A DNA stretch of 64,000 nt from an uncultured Bdellovibrionales bacterium (GTDB taxonomy: Bacteria; Patescibacteriota; Minisyncoccia; Moranbacterales; GWC2-37-73), in NCBI GenBank assembly GCA_964484505.1, contig CAZAFB010000005.1, positions 7,427 through 71,426 on the forward strand, given 5' to 3'. The notes under the pieces were generated by a model, which worked only from the letters and a program-made list of their open reading frames with translations, had not been told where the DNA came from and ran no database searches. Below are positions 50,438-60,300 of this stretch, in pieces; position 1 is the stretch's first letter, and every line of letters starts with the position of its first letter. The position numbers and the translations under genes are program-made.

Positions 50438-50890
50438 TCATGCCTCTGCAGGCACCTCTCTCTGAATGTTCTTTGAGAAAGAGGGGGTGCATGTCGCCCC
50501 TACGTGCTGGGCGGCGACATACACCAACCCACCACTCTCGGGGAAATTCTCCCCGAGAAGGCGGTAAAGCTCCCTTGTCCGTTCGCCGATCAGGCGAGCG
50601 GGGAAAAGGCCTTTGTGTGGGCATGCCGAGAACGCCTCGGCGTAACCCTGCTCCTGCCATTCTTCCGGGGCAGGAGCAAGAAACACATTGTACTTCGCGT
50701 TGCCGATCAGCAACGCGCTGTGCAAAGTGTTCCAGGAGGTGAAGCCGAACTCCACCTCCTCTCTATGGTCAGTGTTCCGACCATAGAGATTCACCGCCAC
50801 TCGGGTTTCCCCAAAAGTGGCGAAAATGTCAGTTGAGTCCTCGATGCTTCTCAGCATCGAGGAAAGAATTTCAAAATTTTTCCTTCTCAT
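50438..50890 (-). CDS. GC-rich ORF (150 aa), cassette ORF-B, hypothetical
   Basis: ATG 6 nt downstream of GGAGGA in cassette copy 2; own terminator gggagcgttgcttggtcgctcgctccc + T-run (about 50395-50430). Confidence 0.4.
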   Translation of the reverse strand: MRRKNFEILSSMLRSIEDSTDIFATFGETRVAVNLYGRNTDHREEVEFGFTSWNTLHSALLIGNAKYNVFLAPAPEEWQEQGYAEAFSACPHKGLFPARLIGERTRELYRLLGENFPESGGLVYVAAQHVGATCTPSFSKNIQREVPAEA

Positions 50891-51010
50891 ACTTCCTCCT
50901 CGCCCCGCTTCTGCGGAGCTTTTTTAATTTTGACTACCCAGCGATATTTTCAATATAAAAAATACTCAGGGTAGTCAAACTGGAAAATGAAATTTTTATC
51001 AAAGAACAAA
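50888..51010. promoter_or_regulatory. Promoter/operator-RBS cassette, copy 2
   Basis: ttgactacccagcgatattttcaatataaaaaatactcagggtagtcaa; reads as TTGACT-N18-TATAAA on plus strand and TTGACT…TATATT on minus. Confidence 0.5.
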
Positions 51011-51276
51011 TTCTCTCAGAAACTTTCATCAAATAACTTCATGAAAATTTCAATTGAGAGGAGAAGAATAACCACATTCTTCTCCAAAAAACTTCAATCT
51101 GAGTTGACCTTTAGCCCGTCGAATGACTGGGCTCCGCTCTGATTAGTAAGGAGTGTTCTTTTTTAAGTCGAACACACAAACGACTTGAGAACTTCTATTT
51201 AACCTCCCTAATCTCGATAACTGTCCCACCAAAATAATTTTGGTAGGAATCTATAGAGCAGATTTCTTTGGGAGTA

Positions 51277-51320
51277 CAGACGTACTGTCTGTACTCCCCC
51301 GTTAATCTTTTTTTCACAAC
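51277..51320 (+). terminator. Strong intrinsic terminator (gggagtacagac gtact gtctgtactccc + T-run)
   Basis: 12-bp perfect stem followed by cgttaatcttttttt on plus strand. Confidence 0.55.
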
Positions 51321-51339
51321 TACTATAATTTTTTTTGCC

Positions 51340-51500
51340 ACATTTCCTCCTCGCCCCATCTTGCGACGGGGCTGACGTCGGTCGTCACCCATTTTTTGCA
51401 CCGCTCACAAAAACATCTTTGTTGCTTGAAAATATTTTTGCGAGCAGTACAGTTTGAGGAAAACGAAATTTGGAATTTTTAAATCAAAGAACTTCTGTGG
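51340..51500. repeat. Degenerate third copy of the cassette (RBS-like catttcctcctcgcccc, GC hairpin, ttgaaaatat, ggaaaacgaaattt…atcaaagaac) without the inverted-repeat halves
   Basis: Aligns with 50238-50350 and 50888-51010 downstream regions. Confidence 0.4.
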
Positions 51501-52403
51501 ACTTGTCGAGCACTTTTGAAAATAGTGCTTAATTCCCTCCACAATTCTGTATGTGACAGGTATCTGGCTTTTTGGGTTCCGATTACTCGGAAAGAGAGAG
51601 ATAACCCAAGATGCAAGACAGATGCCAACGTATCACATACAGGATTGCGGAGACAATTTTGTTTTTCGGTAAAGGTTACGATGCCTGTTTGGTTTAGCGG
51701 TTATGTTTTTCGGCATGCGAACCTAACCTTAACCTTTTGACGATACGGGCTTCATTACCTTTACCGTTTTACAATACTGGGCGCGACACTCTCTCTTCAT
51801 CGCGCCTGTTTTATATAAATTGCTTTAATTTGCTATCCTTGTGTTCGACTCCGTACTTTGTACTTAATGAGTTCACAAGGAGTGTAGTGGATACATGCTA
51901 TCTTTTGATTCATGTGTCCACCTTCACTCATTGCGAAGATGTGGAAGTATTAGCGAACCTCACCGTAGGAATGTCTCCCTCTTTAGGTTATTCCTACAAC
52001 TTGGTTACGACTTGCTCAGGTCATGGTTAGCGACCTGCCTTAATTCCAAATGAGTAATGGAATCAGATGCACATCTTTTGTAAATCGTTGCCTTGTCCAG
52101 CTTTGTGGAAAGGGGGATATGCAAGAAAGCCGCCTTCTTTTTTTGAGGAGGCGGCTTTGCTTTATTCAATGTCTGCGCCTCTCTCTTTGCGCATCCCTCT
52201 TTTCACAGAGGATATTTGATTGTTAATGGGGTGTTACGCTTTTTCGGATGTGCGCTTTCGGATACTTCATCGTAACACCGCATTATACACCCAGAAACAC
52301 TTTTTGTCAATGGTTTTGGTGCAATATTTTGGCTAACTGTCGCTTTTTTCTTTACTATGGTGTTATTTTTGGCGTGTTTTTGAAAATATTTTGTCATTTT
52401 CGA

Positions 52404-52432
52404 ATTGACATTTTTGAAATTGTTTGCTATAA
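52404..52432 (+). promoter_or_regulatory. Consensus sigma70-type promoter TTGACA-N17-TATAAT upstream of TrmB-family regulator gene
   Basis: ttgacatttttgaaattgtttgctataat; followed by two 8-bp hairpins arranged as a larger palindrome (about 52463-52548). Confidence 0.55.
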
Positions 52433-52553
52433 TGGGAGTAGAAATAACCAATAAATTTGTCATCCTGAACTTGTTTCAGGATCTACGTAATAGAAAGCGC
52501 AGCGAAATAAAGCTCGGGATTCCGGATCAAGTCCGGAATGACAAAGTAAAAAA

Positions 52554-53303
52554 ATGTATACCCAACTACTAATAAACGCCGGGCTCAGCGAAATCCAAGC
52601 CAAAACATTGGACTTTTTGATCCGGTCCGGCGAATCCAAAGCGGCCGATATCGCCAAAAACACCGCTCTCGCCCGGGGAGTGGCATATAAAGCGCTGGAT
52701 GAATTGATTTTGTTAGGCTTAATAGAAAAACAAGAAAAAGGCTCCAAAGTCGCCCGTTTTCGCGCCGAGCATCCAAGTAAAATCGAAGAATTTTTTGAGG
52801 AAAAAGAAAGGCAAAGCCACAAACAAAAACGGGAATTTATTCAATCCCTGCCTGATATCATTTCTTCCTACAATCTGGCTAGCAACAAACCCGGCGTGAA
52901 ATTTCTCGAAGGCGAAGACGGCATCCGCATTGCCCTTTTCGACACTCTCAAATCAACCACGGAAATATATACGTTTGCCGACATCAAAGCTACCAACGAA
53001 AATCTCAAAGAAATCAACGACGAATACGCCCGAAAACGTGAAAGACTTGGCATTAAGAAAAAAATCATCGTTTCTGACAGTGAAGAAAACAGAAAATTCT
53101 TTGAAGGATTCGACAATGAAATCACGCAAGTAAAATTCATCAAGAAAGAATATTATCCTTTCAAAACAGGCATGCAAATATATAACAATAAAGTTTCCTA
53201 TCAGACCTTGGAAAAGGAAAACAATATCGCGGTCATCATCGAAGACCGCAATATCTACCAAATGCACAAACTGTTTTTCGAGTATATGTGGGAGACATTA
53301 TAA
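52554..53303 (+). CDS. TrmB-family transcriptional regulator (wHTH + sugar-binding-like C-domain)
   Basis: N-terminal GLSEIQAKTLDFLIRSGESKAADIAKNTALARGVAYKALDELILLGLIEK typical TrmB wHTH. Confidence 0.7.
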   Translation: MYTQLLINAGLSEIQAKTLDFLIRSGESKAADIAKNTALARGVAYKALDELILLGLIEKQEKGSKVARFRAEHPSKIEEFFEEKERQSHKQKREFIQSLPDIISSYNLASNKPGVKFLEGEDGIRIALFDTLKSTTEIYTFADIKATNENLKEINDEYARKRERLGIKKKIIVSDSEENRKFFEGFDNEITQVKFIKKEYYPFKTGMQIYNNKVSYQTLEKENNIAVIIEDRNIYQMHKLFFEYMWETL

Positions 53304-53332
53304 AAATTTTCCGAAGGTTTAGCCTTCGGAAA

Positions 53333-54487
53333 TTATTTGCCACTTAGAATTTTGTTAATCACATCTTCATCTTTGCAAGAATAGGCGTTGTCCGCTGAGT
53401 AGAAGCGTTTTTTGGGGCCGTAGCAACCGCCGTTAGTCTTATCTAACACGCCGAAAAGCGGCATCAAAAAGCCCATGTTTTGGGAGGTGAATTTATTATA
53501 CAGATTTCGCAAAGTCTCGGCCCGTTTTTGCTGATCCATGCGGGCAAAGACATCCAGATCATCGCTTTTGATTCCCGTCCAATCCAAATGAAGCAACACG
53601 TTTTTTGATCTGGAGGCATAATTATCATGCCAAAGCAGCGCCCAGCAACCGCCGCGCCAAGAAAGACATGCCCCTTCTTCGACGCTCCCGTTAGAGCTCA
53701 GACCTACCCCTCCTTCGATATAATCGAAAAGCGAAAGGTATTCTTGGTCGGTGATGGCGCCGGTTTGTGCGCCAATCACGATATCAACACCCTTTTTCTT
53801 GGCATAAGAGCGCATGTCTTGAATGATTTTTTTCGCGTAATCGTTGTCTCCCCCTTCCTGCATGTAAATTTGCCCGAACATGAAACTCTGGATGCCCAGA
53901 TCAATCGCTTTGTGAGTGATGTATGCCAAATATTCACGGTAAGCCGCGCTGCCGAATGTCGGCTTGCAAGAATGCTCGCCCCAGACATTCTTCGAACCTT
54001 CGCGACACATTGTCTTGAAATCAAAATTCTCTTTTGTATATTCATTGAAATAATCAGCGTTTGTATCAAGCGCCTCCGCAATAAACATGCCATACACCAC
54101 GTCTTTCTTTTTGACATTATTCATCACATAATCAATGGCCTGAAAATCTGGCGGCGTGAGCCATGTTTCAACCGCGCGATGCAGATAATAGCAATTGGAG
54201 CGATTGACCATCTCGACGTATTTTCCCGTGTCTGGGTTATATTCTGAAAGCAGCCCGTCTGCCACACACCCTTGCTTTTTTAGACGAGCCATGGAAACTG
54301 CGGCAGGTTTTGGCCGTTCAACTTTGCCGAATTTTTCCGGTATTTTATATTTCTTTTTCGGCACTGTTGTTACGACAGGATCTGGAAATTTCAATTCATG
54401 TGCTTGCCGCAAAGCAAAAAAGCCTGCAGCAAAAGAAGCGGCAAAAATTATAGCTATTGCAAGATAAGTATTAATAGTTCTTCCCAT
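53333..54487 (-). CDS. Membrane-anchored hypothetical extracytoplasmic protein (possibly a carbohydrate-active TIM-barrel)
   Basis: N-terminal TM segment; several Cys pairs; no family confidently recognised. Confidence 0.45.
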   Translation of the reverse strand: MGRTINTYLAIAIIFAASFAAGFFALRQAHELKFPDPVVTTVPKKKYKIPEKFGKVERPKPAAVSMARLKKQGCVADGLLSEYNPDTGKYVEMVNRSNCYYLHRAVETWLTPPDFQAIDYVMNNVKKKDVVYGMFIAEALDTNADYFNEYTKENFDFKTMCREGSKNVWGEHSCKPTFGSAAYREYLAYITHKAIDLGIQSFMFGQIYMQEGGDNDYAKKIIQDMRSYAKKKGVDIVIGAQTGAITDQEYLSLFDYIEGGVGLSSNGSVEEGACLSWRGGCWALLWHDNYASRSKNVLLHLDWTGIKSDDLDVFARMDQQKRAETLRNLYNKFTSQNMGFLMPLFGVLDKTNGGCYGPKKRFYSADNAYSCKDEDVINKILSGK

Positions 54488-54586
54488 AATTCACTACCAA
54501 CTTAGTACGCCCAAGGAGCTTCCATATTGCAAAGCGGGCAATCCGCCAACGCGAACGGCCCGCCGAAAAGAAATTGCGACAAAAAA

Positions 54587-55450
54587 TTACAACCGATCGC
54601 TTCCCAAAATGATCAGAACATCCCCTTCCGGAGCAGTCTCCCCATCCGGCAAGATATCTACTTCGGCGGAAATTTTTTCCGCAATTGTTTTGGCCAAATC
54701 AGCATTGTTTCCCTTGAGATCAATAATGATTGTTTTGGCATAATCTTGCTTGGCAGCCGATTCTTTGATGCCAACGGCAACACCAGGAATTTCTTTGGTC
54801 AGATATTGCTCAAAAACGAAAGTGATGCCTTTTTTGCTGGTGCCATTATACAAGGCCACAGTTTTCCCTTGCTGCTCGGAAGTAGTTTCCTCACCCGCCA
54901 CTTGCGGCTGGGCGGACTGTCCGCTGGCTGCTTCTTCTTGCGGCATAACCGCTTGTTGCTGTTGAACTTGGCTGTTTTGATCGCCCAAAGTCGCCTGCGC
55001 CACGTTGATTATTTTACCCGAAGACGGACGATAGAGGATTGCCTGTCCAGCCTTGTTGTAAATCAAAATTTTGTCCCCATTTTCCGCTTTGGCGAAAAAA
55101 GTTTGATTGCCCAATTTACTTTTGTCGGAAACAGTTGCCAAAACAGGTGCTTCACCTTGCGGCAATTCCAAAAACTGGGAAATTTTCGCCGTCAATTGAT
55201 CCAACTCACTTTGTTCTTGCGCTGGCACATTCTTGGTCAGCTTTACATTGCGATATTGGTAATAGAAATAGCCCGCTGCGGCAAGTGAACTGACAATCAC
55301 AACAATCATTGTTGTGCCAAGCACCGTGTTTTTCGAAGGTTTTTTCAGTTTAAATTTTGATTTTGCCTTGACCGATTCTTCCTGCGGCATTTCAACCGCA
55401 GTAGCCTTCCTTCCCTCATTTTCACTTTCTAATTTTTCCCAGAAACCCAT
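54587..55450 (-). CDS. LytR_C (cell-envelope-related attenuator C-terminal) domain protein, membrane-anchored
   Basis: C-terminal KTVALYNGTSKKGITFVF…TIIIDLKGNNADLAKTIAEKI matches the LytR_C pattern; Gln-rich linker; TM segment. Confidence 0.55.
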   Translation of the reverse strand: MGFWEKLESENEGRKATAVEMPQEESVKAKSKFKLKKPSKNTVLGTTMIVVIVSSLAAAGYFYYQYRNVKLTKNVPAQEQSELDQLTAKISQFLELPQGEAPVLATVSDKSKLGNQTFFAKAENGDKILIYNKAGQAILYRPSSGKIINVAQATLGDQNSQVQQQQAVMPQEEAASGQSAQPQVAGEETTSEQQGKTVALYNGTSKKGITFVFEQYLTKEIPGVAVGIKESAAKQDYAKTIIIDLKGNNADLAKTIAEKISAEVDILPDGETAPEGDVLIILGSDRL

Positions 55451-55564
55451 ATGTTTTTGTAATTTTATTTTATAAGTATATTATACAACTTACATAATAA
55501 AATCGCCAACAAAAAAACTGCCGCGCATCTGGCAGTTTTTGTTTTGGTTTTGTTTTTGTTTTGC

Positions 55565-56302
55565 TTAATTATTAATCACTTCACTATTTGAGGCTTGATT
55601 TTCATTGTTTATAGCTTCCGAATTTTCCGTAGCAGGAAAAATATCATTATAATCCTGCGCTGTAGCTGTTGAATCGTTAGCCGTTTCTGCCTGAGCTGTT
55701 TCGCTCTGCTGACTGTCCGCGGAAAACAGCATGTCACTTATTTTTCCCACCAATTTGTCGATGCCATCCAATGCGCCATCAATGCCACTTTTCGCCCAAG
55801 AAGGATATTTTGTCTCGGCAAGCCAAGTGCGCATATCCAGAATTGATTGTTGAAAAACAGCAAACGCATCGAGAAACCTAAGCTCAGCACTTTCTTTTTC
55901 CTGCGTTTTATTTTCGACTTCATTATCCAAAAAATTTTTGGATTTTATACCACCTTTTTTGACAATCGAAACCAAGTTTTGACTCTTTTCTCCACCAACA
56001 GCAACTATGTAATTACCAGTTGGAATTTCAGATTCCGAAAAATCTTTCGAAAGGAAGAATTTTCCATCCTCACAATCTGCAATTATTGTTTTCAACGAAT
56101 CTTTACTTTCCCCATTTTTAAACAGCTCAATTTTTGTTTGTTTTTCATTGCATTCTCCTTGAATATTAACCATGCTCCCCTCCTGATTAAGCGCCCAACT
56201 TGTCTGAGCCAGAGCTTCTGGCGAAACAATGCAAAAAAGTCCTAAGAATAAAGCGGCTTTTAAAATCATGGGTTTGTTTTTATTCATAATGTTTGTTATC
56301 AT
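55565..56302 (-). CDS. Secreted hypothetical protein
   Basis: Signal peptide; acidic C-terminal tail. Confidence 0.45.
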   Translation of the reverse strand: MITNIMNKNKPMILKAALFLGLFCIVSPEALAQTSWALNQEGSMVNIQGECNEKQTKIELFKNGESKDSLKTIIADCEDGKFFLSKDFSESEIPTGNYIVAVGGEKSQNLVSIVKKGGIKSKNFLDNEVENKTQEKESAELRFLDAFAVFQQSILDMRTWLAETKYPSWAKSGIDGALDGIDKLVGKISDMLFSADSQQSETAQAETANDSTATAQDYNDIFPATENSEAINNENQASNSEVINN

Positions 56303-57318
56303 TTACCTGTCCTGCAATTATCTTTTTTATAATTATGACAAAAAAATTATTTATTGCCTTTTTTGTAGTTGTTTTTTTTCTTGTTGGAATATATTTTTTT
56401 CGTTTTGAGCATCTGGCAAAAAAGTCTGACGGCATTTTTGTCCGATGCAATGAAAAATATACTTTTCTCAATAATAACCTTGATTGTAGCTCCATCGACC
56501 AAGATATTGACCAGTTGAGCAGTCTTCACCAAAATATCAAATTCTTCTTGGAGCAAAGTAAGAGCAACGGGGAAATTACAGAGGCTGGTGTATTTTTCAG
56601 AGACTTAAACTCTACTCGTTGGTTTGGCATCAACGAAAATGTGAATTTTTACCCTGCCAGTTTATCCAAGCTTCCCTTTTCAATGATGATGTACAAAGCT
56701 GCAGAAATTGACAAGGAAATATTGAACGAGCCAATACAAATTGATGACATCGATTTAAACCTCAATGAAGGTCAACATTATCAGCCATCGCAATTATTAA
56801 CTCCCGGAACATACTCAGTCCGCGAACTTCTTCGCAGACTTCTCGTTTTTTCCGACAACGCACCGACAAATAAACTAATGGAACTTTCCGCTCCCCTCAG
56901 CCAACCAATTTTGAATGATCTAGGAGTTTTATTTCCTCCCGATACTCAATCCGGGGAAGCAAAATGGAATATAACGCCAAAAATTTACGCCAATTTTTTC
57001 CGAATATTATACAATTCTTCTTACTTGCGCCCGGAATATTCAAACGACATCCTTGAACAACTTTCTCAAGCTAAGTTTAAGAATGGGTTGTCTGCCGGCT
57101 TGCCTGAGGAAATAGCAACAGCGCATAAATTTGGAGAAGCATCAATGATTGATGCAAAAACCGGTGGGCATATTTCCGTGCTAAGTGATTGCGGCATTAT
57201 TTATAAAAGGAACAGCCCTTACATTCTTTGCATCATGACACAGGGTGGAGATTATCAAAAACTGGAACAGGTAATTCAAAACATTTCTAAAGCAATATAT
57301 CAGTATTCCCTAGAATAA
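56293..57318 (+). CDS. Class A beta-lactamase-like serine hydrolase, paralog of 12366-13403
   Basis: SLSKLP (SxxK), FSDN (SDN), HKFGE; same C-terminal DCGIIY…YILCIMTQGGDY block as the paralog. Confidence 0.6.
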   Translation: MLSFTCPAIIFFIIMTKKLFIAFFVVVFFLVGIYFFRFEHLAKKSDGIFVRCNEKYTFLNNNLDCSSIDQDIDQLSSLHQNIKFFLEQSKSNGEITEAGVFFRDLNSTRWFGINENVNFYPASLSKLPFSMMMYKAAEIDKEILNEPIQIDDIDLNLNEGQHYQPSQLLTPGTYSVRELLRRLLVFSDNAPTNKLMELSAPLSQPILNDLGVLFPPDTQSGEAKWNITPKIYANFFRILYNSSYLRPEYSNDILEQLSQAKFKNGLSAGLPEEIATAHKFGEASMIDAKTGGHISVLSDCGIIYKRNSPYILCIMTQGGDYQKLEQVIQNISKAIYQYSLE

Positions 57319-57333
57319 TGTTTTTTCTTTCTT

Positions 57334-60300
57334 TTAATAATCAGTCTCAATATATAGAGACGCTATATCCAATCCTACTACCGATGCCGCCGTATTGTTA
57401 GTTTTCCAAAATCTGCTAGCTAGCAAAGTTGTCGCAGCTGGCAATTGAGTTCCGGGGGTAGCAGCTGTAAGGGTCCCGGAAGCCTGATAGGCAGTGCCTA
57501 AACGTGTCACGCGATAATTGACAACGTTGTTAACATTGGTTGGAGCGAACAGTACCAACTCATACATATCTGCAGAAGACGTGTTGGCAGGAAAATTTGC
57601 CCCAAGATCAATAGGGGTCTGTGCGGCACTCCCCCCATAACATATCTGCCAATTATTGCTTGTAGAAAGTTGACACATACCAATGGCATTCGTCAAAGTA
57701 CTTGGTTCAACATTGGTCGGAACAGCCGTCGAAGATGTGAATCCGACAAATGCTCTTGCTGCAGAAATAGCATCTGTTGATCCGAATCGTGCAACATATG
57801 TGAATCCTCCCAAGCCAGATCCATTGCCAACAGTAAATTGTGCAGTACCGTTTCGCATGCTTGCTATATATCCTGCAGTTGTAGTCGAAACAATTCCGGC
57901 TCTTTTCATACGTGTAAAGAGATTGGTAGTTGCGACACTTCTTGAAGTTAAGGCTGTCCCCCCATTGGAAACTATCGTTTGCGCCGCCATCCCAAGCACG
58001 CCTGGGGCTGTCGTTGCATTTCCAGGCGGATTCCACCAAGCAACTTTATTCATAGCCACCATAGGTTGCACGATCGAATCTAGACCCGACGGACCTATCC
58101 ATTTTGGCATCATTCTTCCAGCTATAGATTTGGCATAAAAATCCATCGTCCCAGCCGCTGGTGCGGTAGGTTCTGTGGTAATCCCAGTCATGTTGATTGC
58201 AGCATCCGTACCGTTGAGTCCCAAGGTTTGAGTCGAACTATCGAAAGTAAGTCCCGCATTGGCACCAAATGACCCGCTACTGTTGTATTGTATTTGGGTG
58301 TTGGAACCGGCAGGAGATCCGCCTGTGACACTGCCGATACAATCAGTCCAGGATGTGTTTTGATAACAACGAAACTTATTTAGCGCAGTCGAATAATACA
58401 TAGCTCCAACAGTTCCTGTCGGTTCGGCACTGCCCGTGTCTAAGACGAGTAAGTCTGGTGTAGCGGAAGATGTTCCACCATCGCCAATCTGCACATTGCC
58501 TGTGCCTGTTCCTGCCGGTTGAATGTTAATATTTCCGGAAGCGTTAGTAATTGTTACACCTGCGCCCAAAGTAAGCGTAGTGACTCCAGAAGCAGTCAAT
58601 GCCGTGTCAGATGAATCGATAGTAGTGGTATTGCTGCCTGAATCGAAAGTTAATCCGGAGCTCGTGGAAGCAATGGTTAGAGCACCGGCCGCCGTCAAAT
58701 TGGTGCCCAATCCAGTAATGTTGTTGGAATTGAAAGCCAAGCCAGTAGAAGAAAAATTATATTCATCTGTTCCATTTACGGCTATATTTAGCGTCTTCCC
58801 GGTCAAAACATTTCCAGTCAAATCTCCGGAATTATCACGATAAAATCCCACATCCGTGCCTGTTGGAGTTCCGGTGGTTTCTTGAAACAACAAATTGGAA
58901 AGGCTACCCAAGTCATATCCTGCTGCATTGATATCACCTGTCCAAGGAGTTTGTGATCCGCCACCTGGAGCTGTCCAGTATGGCGTATTGGTCGCCGTGT
59001 TATATGCCAAAACCCAACCGTTTGTTCCTGATCCTGCAAGTTTAGTGGGAGATCCAGAGGTGCCACCGTAAATCAAATCCCCAGGAGCGGTCATCGGGTT
59101 AGCCATCAAGGTCACTGTGCCGCTTGGCAAAGTCGCGTTGGTAGTTCCAGTGGAAGTAAGAGTGACTGAATTTCCACCTGAAGTTGCCAAAGTCGATCCA
59201 CTGGCCAAAGTCAAAGTTCCGGTAGTTGAGCTTACGGTCAAGCCGTTATATGTACCTCCTGTCACCGCGCCGTTAGCGTCTATCTTAAACTGCGAAACGC
59301 TGTTTTTTTGCAAATCAACAAAATTTCCCGTGAAAGAACCTGTACTGTTGGCAAAATTCATGAGCAAACCGGTTCCGGAAAAAGCACTGGTGGCCTGATT
59401 AAAAACAGAAAGGTTCGAGCTGGTGATTGTTGTTGATTCCGCCTTGAGGGCATTTCCGGCACTCGTACCTGTTGTCTTTCCATAAACTCCCACGCCTGTG
59501 CCATATGCTGAGTTATCTCCATAAACACCATAGGTTCCTCCTTGACCATAGATGGCATTGTTCACCGCATATGCATATATTCCATGCCTGGCTCCGGCAG
59601 CTCCACTTGAGTTAGTCACATGAATTCCATAGGTAGTGTCAGTTCCCCAAGAAAGAGTGTTGTTGAGAACCATTTTGTAACCATAATTGGTATAACCTGC
59701 GACAGATTGAGTAATGGTAGGATTATGATAAATACTGCTTGTTCCATTGGAATCAGTCATTGAACCTGCAATGTCCAGAGTTGCGGAGGGAGCATTTGTG
59801 CCGATTCCAATTCTGTTGTTCAAAGCATCTATCGTCAGAGTATCACTATCAAAATTAAGCGCATTAGCAACATTAGCCAAAGTTACTGTGGAAGCTGCTG
59901 CTGAAGAAAGATTTAACGCTCCCGCCGAATTCAAAGCAAGCGTACCGGAAGTTGCCGTTGAAATCGTAAGCCCACCAGAAGTATTCGTCCAAGCAGAAGT
60001 ACCGCCGGAATTCATGGTTACTGCGCCGGTCGTGTTACCAATACTCAAGGTGGAGCCGGCATTAGTGCCGATGCTAGCGCTGCCATTGTTGTTGAGTGTT
60101 TTGGCAGTAAATGCCGCCGGCAATGCGCCAATCATTTTGCGAGGACTCATTTCAGGATCATTTCCTACGGTCACTCCCAGATAGAGAGTTTGGTTGAAAT
60201 CAATAGCAGAAAAACTGGAAACAGTACCCATCATTACCGAAAAGAGTCCGCTTTTGACATAAACACGGTTAGTAAGATCATCGCTGTTTGCCCAGGAAGA

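Noticed and set aside
50325-50836. Alternative-frame ORFs (50325-50660 minus; 50440-50742 and 50504-50836 plus) in the GC-rich patch
   Set aside because: High GC yields open frames in all phases. Only the 50438-50890 frame begins at the cassette RBS and ends at a terminator.
51195-51401. 68-aa minus-strand ORF reading through cassette copy 3
   Set aside because: It translates the RBS-like GGAGGA tract and the terminator hairpin as coding (…GRGGNVAKK…). It is more likely non-coding cassette remnant.
51830-51860. GTTCGACTCC, a possible tRNA T-loop
   Set aside because: The flanking bases cannot form a T-stem or acceptor stem. No cloverleaf could be built by eye.
51930-52010. ggttattcctacaacttggttacgacttgctcaggtcatgg resembles the reverse complement of the 16S rRNA 3' region (GGTTACCTTGTTACGACTT…CAGTCATG)
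   Set aside because: The adjacent universally conserved GACGGGCGGTGTGTACA block and the anti-Shine-Dalgarno end are absent. Protein genes occupy the space a 16S gene would need. This is most likely a chance short match or a tiny decayed scrap, so no rRNA was called.
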